Virus record (IMG/VR): IMGVR_UViG_3300027863_001337 | Coordinates: 1 to 41,425 of that record | Origin: a virus | Taxonomy: Duplodnaviria > Caudoviricetes | Length of the DNA: 41,425 bases | Direction: 5' to 3' (one strand) | Part shown: positions 35,033 through 41,425 of the stretch, piece by piece | Layout of the letters: the number at the start of each line of letters is the position of its first letter | How positions within the stretch are numbered: the first letter of the stretch is position 1 | Notes under the pieces: model-generated | What the model saw: only the letters and a program-made list of their open reading frames with translations | Database searches by the model: none | Told to the model about the DNA's origin: nothing | Translations under genes and position numbers: made by a program

Positions 35033-35332
35033 TTAAAATACTTTAAACACATCAATATCACCCAATAAAACTTTACCATCTTTTTCTATATAACTTTGAC
35101 ATTTCCATATTCCTCTCTGCATAATTTCAGTAGGACTAACATAACACCTTAACTGAGTAGGCTTCTTATCCGAAACCATACCATTCCATTGTAATTTAGA
35201 ACCATCTGGCTTTTCTACTAACAGTTTCAAAACAGAACTTTCTCTTAAATCTATACCTGTCTCTACTATTAACAAAAATCCAAAATCTCTGGAATATAAC
35301 CTCGAAATTCTTGATACATCAATTACTATCAT
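35033..35332 (-). CDS. Putative tail/baseplate-associated Ig-like protein
   Basis: VETGIDL...VEKPDG...W...GIWKCQSYI; start MIVIDV overlaps the upstream stop. Confidence 0.55.
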   Translation of the reverse strand: MIVIDVSRISRLYSRDFGFLLIVETGIDLRESSVLKLLVEKPDGSKLQWNGMVSDKKPTQLRCYVSPTEIMQRGIWKCQSYIEKDGKVLLGDIDVFKVF

Positions 35333-35712
35333 AACAAATTCTCCTCTACTGGAATAATAATTCTTTCTCCAAATGCTTTCCAATTCCCAAAATCTACAAA
35401 AGACTGTATTTGCCATATTCCAGACATATCAATATCACCTTCTCGCACATAATAGACTAATCTGCTACCTCTAATCTCATCAGCTAACCAAATTCTTGAA
35501 ACACCTGCAGGGTCTACAGCGTATATCCCTGCTCTTCTACTACTTACTAAATTCTCACCTGTCTCTAAAACAAATTTTACCCCTTTTACTCCAACAAACA
35601 AATTCTTGTCCCAGATTACTTCTGAAATAACGCCTGATTTTACTTCTTCCCTATAAACTATTAGACAATACGAAACTGCATTCAAACTTAAAATTAAATT
35701 TCCTTCATACAT
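35329..35712 (-). CDS. Putative tail/baseplate-associated Ig-like protein (paralogue of 35033-35332)
   Basis: LETGENL...DPAG...W...GIWQIQSFV. Confidence 0.55.
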   Translation of the reverse strand: MYEGNLILSLNAVSYCLIVYREEVKSGVISEVIWDKNLFVGVKGVKFVLETGENLVSSRRAGIYAVDPAGVSRIWLADEIRGSRLVYYVREGDIDMSGIWQIQSFVDFGNWKAFGERIIIPVEENLL

Positions 35713-35722
35713 TTTATTACTA

Positions 35723-36265
35723 TTATCTAACTAACGACATTAATTCTAATTCCTTTTCTATTAAACTTTTCAACCGCAATACTTTAAGTGCAAATAATCT
35801 TCCTAATACAATATCTATTTCTAACAATCCCTGATACATAATTTCTTCCTTATGCAAGCTCTCTAAATTAAAAGTAGATACAACCTGACCTACATAAGTA
35901 TATTCCTGCTTGTATAAACTCTCTAAATTAAAAGTAGATACAACCTGACCTGTATAAATACCTATAAATCTACATAAACTCTCTAAATTAAAAGTAGATA
36001 CAACCTGACCTACATAAGTATATTCCTGCTTGTATAAACTCTCTAAATTAAAAGTAGATACAACCTGACCTACATAAGTATATTCCTGCTTGTATAAACT
36101 CTCTAAATTAAAAGTAGATACAACCTGACCTGTATAAATACCTATAAATCTACATAAACTCTCTAAATTTAAATCAAGGCTTATCTCACCAACATAAGTA
36201 AAATCAAATATTACTACTACTTCTCCACCATAAACTGCTGTTCCATACGAAAAATCTCCGTGCAC
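35723..36265 (-). CDS. Repeat protein with 20-aa tandem units
   Basis: YTYVGQVVSTFNLESLYKQE and GIYTGQVVSTFNLESL variants. Confidence 0.7.
   Translation of the reverse strand: MHGDFSYGTAVYGGEVVVIFDFTYVGEISLDLNLESLCRFIGIYTGQVVSTFNLESLYKQEYTYVGQVVSTFNLESLYKQEYTYVGQVVSTFNLESLCRFIGIYTGQVVSTFNLESLYKQEYTYVGQVVSTFNLESLHKEEIMYQGLLEIDIVLGRLFALKVLRLKSLIEKELELMSLVR
35859..36169. repeat. 60-bp tandem repeat, about 5 units of two variants (A B A A B)
   Basis: Consecutive 60-nt lines from 35881 are identical within each variant. Confidence 0.95.
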
Positions 36266-36281
36266 TAAACCCTCCTGTATT

Positions 36282-36337
36282 TACTAACTTCTACTTTTTT
36301 AACTTTTTATCTACTAACTTCTACTTTTTTAACTTTT
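36282..36337. repeat. 26-bp direct repeat with 30-bp period
   Basis: tactaacttctacttttttaactttt at 36282 and 36312. Confidence 0.85.
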
Positions 36338-36485
36338 CTTCTTTAGCTTCAGAATTTGGCAATATTTGTTGACGATTCAACCCTTCTGCAATTTGCCGTT
36401 TAATTTCTAAAATTTTATTGTTTAAAATTTCTACTTCTACCATCAGCCTGCCATATTCTGCGTATAAGTCTTTTAAATCAGCCAT
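36321..36485 (-). CDS. Small coiled-coil protein (54 aa)
   Basis: MADLKDLYAEYGRLMVEVEILNNKILEIKRQIAE; SD GAGG. Confidence 0.6.
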   Translation of the reverse strand: MADLKDLYAEYGRLMVEVEILNNKILEIKRQIAEGLNRQQILPNSEAKEEKLKK

Positions 36486-36762
36486 TACTTTCCTCCTTTG
36501 TTTTTTCCTCTGTAATTATAATTTCTTTCCCTATAAGTGGAGATTTTTTTTCTAATTCTGCTATCCGTGTATCAATACTTTCTTTTAACTTCTCATATGC
36601 TTTATTAATTGCTTCTTCATCTGTTGTTGTCTCTTGATACGAAACTAAAGTGTCCATATAAAAAGTTCTGCTATTATTACACGTAACATTAAACCCAACT
36701 ACCCAGCCTGTCGGTTCATCTGGAGGGTAAGGTTCAAATCTTACTACAATTATTCTTGCCAT
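36478..36762 (-). CDS. Hypothetical protein, possibly tail-fibre associated
   Basis: Follows the fibre gene; SD GGAGG. Confidence 0.65.
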   Translation of the reverse strand: MARIIVVRFEPYPPDEPTGWVVGFNVTCNNSRTFYMDTLVSYQETTTDEEAINKAYEKLKESIDTRIAELEKKSPLIGKEIIITEEKTKEESNG

Positions 36763-36783
36763 ATTACCTCCTTTATTTATAAT

Positions 36784-39090
36784 TTACCATGTTGATAGAG
36801 CAGACCTCTTCCACCCATCTGAAGTTTTAACATATAAATAATCATTATCCCACGCTATATCTCCTATCTCCCCAGCACCATCTGATGTTCCTGTCGGAGT
36901 ATAACTTGTTTCTAATCTAAACTGATTATACCCAGTAACTCCCTGAATATGAAGCGTAGAAGTAGGATATGGTGTTCTGATACCAACATTGCCAGTGGAA
37001 ACCATATTAGCACCCGTGCTTAAATATGTTCCAAAAATTAATCCTCCAATGTTTAAAAAGTTTGAAGTAGTTGGATATGGTGTCCAAGCATTGTAGCCAA
37101 TCAAGATGTTGTAAGAACCACTGGTTGGAGAATAGTTTGAATCATAACCTGCTTGATAGCCCAAAATGATATTTCCTGTTCCACTGCTTATTTGATATCC
37201 AGAATAAGCACCGACGAAAACATTCTGACTTCCAATAAAATTACCCTCAGAACCATAACCCGAATAAGCCCCAACAAAAACATTATATCTATCAGCTGAA
37301 GTATCTATATTATAGCCCGTGTAATAACCTACTGCTGTTCCATAACTTACTCCCTTAGAATAATACCCCACTGCTACGCCATAGTTGTAACCAGAAGCAC
37401 CCCACCCTACTGCTACGCCGCTACTATAACCAGCAGTACCATACCCTAACGCTACGCCGCCATAATAGCCAGCGGAACTATACCCCACTGCTACGCCATA
37501 GTTGAAGGCAGAGGCAAGATACCCTATTGCTACGCCGTAGGTATAACCAAAAGCGCTATACCCTAACGCTGCGCCGTGGTCGTAACCAGAGGCGCTAACC
37601 CCAACTACTACTCCGTAGTTGTTACCAGTGGCACCATAACCAATTGCTACTCCATAATCGTTACCAGTGGCATTAGACCCAACCGCTACACCGTTGGTAT
37701 AACCAACAGCGCCACGGCCTATTGCTACGCCGTAGGTATAACCAGAAGCGCTATATCCCACTGCTACACCGTTGTTGGCGCCAACGGCAAAACCTCCTAC
37801 TGCTACGCCGTAATCACGACCAGAAGCACTATACCCTACTGCTGTGCCGTAGGTGTAGCCAACGGCATAATATCCTATTGCCACATTCAGATCACTACTT
37901 ATTCCTGTTCCAATACCCGCAATCCAGTTTGTGCCATCAAAGATATACTCTCTAACTGATTGACTATAGATATAATCTATTGTAGTTGCTCCTTGATTGA
38001 TTTGAAGACGATAACTGATATTATAAGCAGCATTGTTTCTGATGACAAATTTATCTCCAGCACGAGCATTTGTTGTGGATAAAGTAATAGTTCTGTTTGC
38101 CCCGTTCGGATTTAGATACTGATACATTTTGTCAGTACCAGGGGTTAGGGTTTTATTACCAGATAAACTTTCAACATTTATTCCAGCGGTTATTGAAATT
38201 TGAGCCCTTAAATTTCCTGAAACATCAAGTTTGTAAGCAGGACTTGTTGTTCCGATACCAACATTGCCAGCAAAATTTGCCCCTCCATCTCCAGCATCAA
38301 GGGTGTTATTATATGTAACTACTTTATTGTTCGCATAGATTGTAAAAGCTATATCTCCTATCCCGTGTCCTGATTGTTGGGAATTTAAGACGCCAAAAAT
38401 CGGGTCGCCTGTTCCAGCCACTATCCCACCTATACCAAGTCCCTTAAAATATCCTCCCAAAGTAGAAGCACCAGAAGGAGAAGGCACTTGGGCTGAAATC
38501 CCATAATACAAACCAGTAGCAGAATTATAAATTCCAAAATATGGATTTCCGCCAGTATTTACCCACCTAACATTTCCCGTGATATTAGTAGCACCAAGTT
38601 GAAAAGGCGCTCCTGGACTTGTTGTTAAAATGCCAACTCTATGATTTACACTATCTACAAAAAAAGTATTAGTATCTACGGTTAGATTGTGAGCGCCCAA
38701 ATCAACATCTTGTGTTGCTCCTGTATATGGAACATATATTTGTCCTATATCATCTATCATCTTCTTGGTAGGAGCAAGAATTATTCTATATGTCTTACCT
38801 GTAGTATTATGATTTTTAGCAGTAGTCCCTTCCTGTGCTCGTGTAATCGTATAAGTTATATTACCACCTGAACTTTGAGCATTAGTTACTCTGACTATCT
38901 CTACATCTGGGTCTTCAGCAGGATTCTTATAATCTGTATAGTTATAAATTACAACATTAAAAGCACCATCTATATTCGGGTCAGGAAATTTACTTGCATC
39001 ACTATCAGATACAGTCAAAGATGTATCAGTGTCTGAAATACCTGATATTAAAACTCCATAAGCAAAGTTTCTAACTGGGTCTAATGACAT
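36784..39090 (-). CDS. Tail fibre / receptor-binding protein with YadA-head-like repeats
   Basis: VGIGTTSP fibre motifs, about 14 copies of a 13-aa GVAVGYxAxGYxY repeat, C-terminal GDIAWDNDYLYVKTSDGWKR. Confidence 0.8.
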   Translation of the reverse strand: MSLDPVRNFAYGVLISGISDTDTSLTVSDSDASKFPDPNIDGAFNVVIYNYTDYKNPAEDPDVEIVRVTNAQSSGGNITYTITRAQEGTTAKNHNTTGKTYRIILAPTKKMIDDIGQIYVPYTGATQDVDLGAHNLTVDTNTFFVDSVNHRVGILTTSPGAPFQLGATNITGNVRWVNTGGNPYFGIYNSATGLYYGISAQVPSPSGASTLGGYFKGLGIGGIVAGTGDPIFGVLNSQQSGHGIGDIAFTIYANNKVVTYNNTLDAGDGGANFAGNVGIGTTSPAYKLDVSGNLRAQISITAGINVESLSGNKTLTPGTDKMYQYLNPNGANRTITLSTTNARAGDKFVIRNNAAYNISYRLQINQGATTIDYIYSQSVREYIFDGTNWIAGIGTGISSDLNVAIGYYAVGYTYGTAVGYSASGRDYGVAVGGFAVGANNGVAVGYSASGYTYGVAIGRGAVGYTNGVAVGSNATGNDYGVAIGYGATGNNYGVVVGVSASGYDHGAALGYSAFGYTYGVAIGYLASAFNYGVAVGYSSAGYYGGVALGYGTAGYSSGVAVGWGASGYNYGVAVGYYSKGVSYGTAVGYYTGYNIDTSADRYNVFVGAYSGYGSEGNFIGSQNVFVGAYSGYQISSGTGNIILGYQAGYDSNYSPTSGSYNILIGYNAWTPYPTTSNFLNIGGLIFGTYLSTGANMVSTGNVGIRTPYPTSTLHIQGVTGYNQFRLETSYTPTGTSDGAGEIGDIAWDNDYLYVKTSDGWKRSALSTW

Positions 39091-39108
39091 TATTTCACCC
39101 CCATCACT

Positions 39109-39282
39109 TTAACAAAACTCTTTAATTTCATCTTCTTCATAGTCAATTAGCGACATTAACTCTAATCTCTCTTTCGTCAAACTTTCTAAATATATCACTT
39201 CATATATTTCTGCACCATATAAACTTACAGGATAAAAACATCCTAAAGTTAAACCTTCATATTGCATAGTGAAACAATCCAT
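39109..39282 (-). CDS. Small hypothetical protein (57 aa)
   Basis: Fills the gap; LESLTKERLELMSLI resembles LKSLIEKELELMSLV at the end of 35723-36265. Confidence 0.45.
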   Translation of the reverse strand: MDCFTMQYEGLTLGCFYPVSLYGAEIYEVIYLESLTKERLELMSLIDYEEDEIKEFC

Positions 39283-39322
39283 TTACAAAACGAGAATACT
39301 AAACATATTTCCTTTTTCTCAA

Positions 39323-39349
39323 GGAGAGACAAGAAAAACTTGCCTCTCC
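39323..39349 (-). terminator. Stem-loop after 39363-39755, possible weak terminator
   Basis: GGAGAGGCAAG-TTTTT-CTTGTCTCTCC on the minus strand; poor U tract. Confidence 0.4.
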
Positions 39350-39362
39350 AGTTCCTTATCCC

Positions 39363-39755
39363 TTACGAAATTCTAATCTTAGGAGTAATCTTTATACTGC
39401 TACCATCTGTTACGTTGTAAGGTCCATTTGCAAATTGCTCAACAGCAAGCAAAAGCCCATCCGTAGAAGTACAAATAAAATACCCATATACATTACCCCA
39501 GTTTCCACCTGACGCAGTAAACGTAACTTCTGAGTAAGTTGCAGTATCACCTGAAATTGTCCAACTTCCCCTGGTAAGGTTTATACGAGAATATCCATTA
39601 CCTGATGGCTCAGTTAAATCACTAAGTGTAGCAGTTTCACCAGGCTCAGAAGTCGGTGCAGTATAAAGCCCTATTTTTAAAGTTGTATCTGGAGAACGAC
39701 TACCAAATAATACATTCGCAGTCCAGTTCTCACCTAAATCAGTCCATACTGGCAT
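39363..39755 (-). CDS. Virion structural (tail-associated) protein
   Basis: IGLYTAP...EPSGNGYSR...FTASGGNWGNVYGYFI pattern, as seen in phage tail modules. Confidence 0.65.
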   Translation of the reverse strand: MPVWTDLGENWTANVLFGSRSPDTTLKIGLYTAPTSEPGETATLSDLTEPSGNGYSRINLTRGSWTISGDTATYSEVTFTASGGNWGNVYGYFICTSTDGLLLAVEQFANGPYNVTDGSSIKITPKIRIS

Positions 39756-39862
39756 ATTAAACCTCCTTTAATTTTTAAAATAACTCTACATGTCAAGTGA
39801 ACAATCTAAAACTACAAGTGGTAGTTTTCTATACATCATCTCTCCTCCTTCAATCCTCTTCA

Positions 39863-40585
39863 CTAATCCGCTAACACTATAGACTTTACTGCTGAACCAT
39901 CATAAATCCTAACTGCAGATGCCTCAGGGTCATCTGTATCTACCAAAGGAACAGCATAAATACTTGTTCCTTTGCAAGTTCTCAATTTATTTCCTGCCAA
40001 GACCTCACTCCTTCCTAATCTAACTACTGACCCTCCTTTAGCAATCCTAAATATCTCTGCCCACTTCTCTCTATAACACTGAACTTCGTGAAATCTAAAT
40101 TTTACAAATTGCTGTCTGTCTCCTTCATAACTGTAAGAATAACCATACTGGCGATGTCTTATTCCAGTAACATTATCCCAACCAGTAGTCAAGTTCCTTT
40201 CATAAGTTCTCCAACCCCAATAATTAGAACCAAAACCCGGCTCGTTTTTAGCCCACTCATCAATCGATATCCAATTACCCGAAATTCTTAAATATATTGT
40301 AAAAACCATATAAGATTCTTTATAATTACCACCATAAGTGCCCTGCGTAGAATAAACATATACTCTATAAATCTTTTTAGGCTTTGTCCAAACAGCATCA
40401 AAAGTCAAACTACCTTCTGCATAACCATCTCCACCGTGGCGAATAGTCTCTTGATAATAAGTATCTACATTACCATCATAAATATTCTCAATACTTCCTG
40501 CAGTATCATAAAGATAACCAGAGTTTATCACCCGAGTTGTAGTCTTTGTTACATAACTTTTAGGAACTAAATTTATGTATTCCAT
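39863..40585 (-). CDS. Putative tail protein with beta-sandwich domain
   Basis: ENIYDGNVDTYY resembles a discoidin-like start; tail-module context. Confidence 0.5.
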   Translation of the reverse strand: MEYINLVPKSYVTKTTTRVINSGYLYDTAGSIENIYDGNVDTYYQETIRHGGDGYAEGSLTFDAVWTKPKKIYRVYVYSTQGTYGGNYKESYMVFTIYLRISGNWISIDEWAKNEPGFGSNYWGWRTYERNLTTGWDNVTGIRHRQYGYSYSYEGDRQQFVKFRFHEVQCYREKWAEIFRIAKGGSVVRLGRSEVLAGNKLRTCKGTSIYAVPLVDTDDPEASAVRIYDGSAVKSIVLAD

Positions 40586-40597
40586 TACACCACCCCT

Positions 40598-41425
40598 TTA
40601 TATATCAGTTCTTATCCATATCCGACCTGTTGTCGGACTGGTAGGGTCAGAAGTCCTATTTTCTATTACAATCCCACCAGCAAACGTTTTCAATCCTAAA
40701 ATAGTCTGGTCACCTGTTAACATAACTGCACCTGAAACAGGTGGCGTAAACCCTCTAACATCTTTTATATCCTCTTCAGTAATCTCAGTCATACCAACAG
40801 TCAAAGTTATTTCTGCCAAAACTATCTTTCCATCATAAGATGGCGGAGCAGGCGGACTTCCTTCTGTTCCTGTTTTTATCTTAACTGTTCCATCCGTATC
40901 AACATAAACTAAATCAATTCTTGGATTACTACTTGGAGCTGTAATCGTAGAAGTCAACTGTTCATATACATCAAAATTCTGCAATCCATAACTAACTCTA
41001 CCTGCTCTTACTCTAACTTTCATAGAAGCTGGAACAGTAGGCTCTACTTTCAAAAATAAATCCCAAACATTAGGATTACTTCTTTCTGAATAATCAAAAC
41101 CAGTCAATGTCGAACCACTAAATACACAACGACCTACAATCAAATCTCCATCTTGTATATCTGTCTCTGCAACTGCAAGAATATCCATATAGTTATTTGC
41201 ATTTTCCGCATAAGACCATCTTAAAATTACATAGGGCGTTGAAGTTGAAACATCTACTGCTACTGTATCTCTCGTTCTTATTCTCGCTTGAATTACATCC
41301 TCTACACCAGAAATATCTGAATACTTTCCTATCTCACAAAGAAGCGGGGATAAGTTTACTTGTGTATTTGAGACTTTCTCAAGATATCCTCCTGAGTAAA
41401 TACCTCTTGGTGTTATTACACTATG
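40598..41425 (-). CDS. Tail/baseplate protein, 5'-truncated by the window edge
   Basis: Frame is open from 41425; APSSNPRIDLVYVD...GTEGSPPAPP...LAEI...IKDVR; ends DPTSPTTGRIWIRTD. Confidence 0.7.
   Translation of the reverse strand, partial: HSVITPRGIYSGGYLEKVSNTQVNLSPLLCEIGKYSDISGVEDVIQARIRTRDTVAVDVSTSTPYVILRWSYAENANNYMDILAVAETDIQDGDLIVGRCVFSGSTLTGFDYSERSNPNVWDLFLKVEPTVPASMKVRVRAGRVSYGLQNFDVYEQLTSTITAPSSNPRIDLVYVDTDGTVKIKTGTEGSPPAPPSYDGKIVLAEITLTVGMTEITEEDIKDVRGFTPPVSGAVMLTGDQTILGLKTFAGGIVIENRTSDPTSPTTGRIWIRTDI

Noticed and set aside
35859-36169. CRISPR array
   Set aside because: The variable parts are only two recurring variants, the 60-nt period is in frame within a CDS, and no cas genes are present.
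36784-39090. Diversity-generating retroelement target
   Set aside because: No reverse transcriptase and no template/variable repeat pair seen in the window.
2035-40838. Numerous plus-strand ORFs of 60-171 aa in the ORF track
   Set aside because: Antisense shadows of minus-strand genes (S/F/L/I-rich, no recognisable motifs).
1-41425. tRNA/rRNA genes, integrase, alternative genetic code
   Set aside because: None recognised; genes read through normally in code 11 and use all three stop codons.

Overview
AT-rich segment of a tailed dsDNA phage or prophage, with almost all genes on the minus strand. From right to left: tail/fibre structural genes (41.4-33.9 kb), a TnpB-only IS200/IS605 element, a block of small probably early genes with an RlpA-like enzyme, and a replication module (loader, DnaB-like helicase, primase, SF2 helicase, origin-like repeats, UDG-PolA fusion, SSB, SbcD-SbcC fusion, RuvC-like resolvase). 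Small accessory genes follow (RyR-domain protein, GroES-like protein), then terminase, a sigma-like gene, a second TnpB element and three DNA methyltransferase (MTase) loci. The stand-out is the MTase locus at 913-5848, roughly three-quarters of which is five HNH endonuclease insertions tolerated in three ways. One is an intein whose HNH lies in another reading frame. Two are splicing-less insertions that keep the MTase frame open while encoding an HNH in another frame. Two related HNH elements split the MTase into three translationally coupled polypeptides and add homologous short peptides to the new ends (candidate docking tags). Each HNH has its own candidate sigma70 promoter. Both IS elements can be delimited to the base. 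All calls come from reading motifs by eye; no database search was run.
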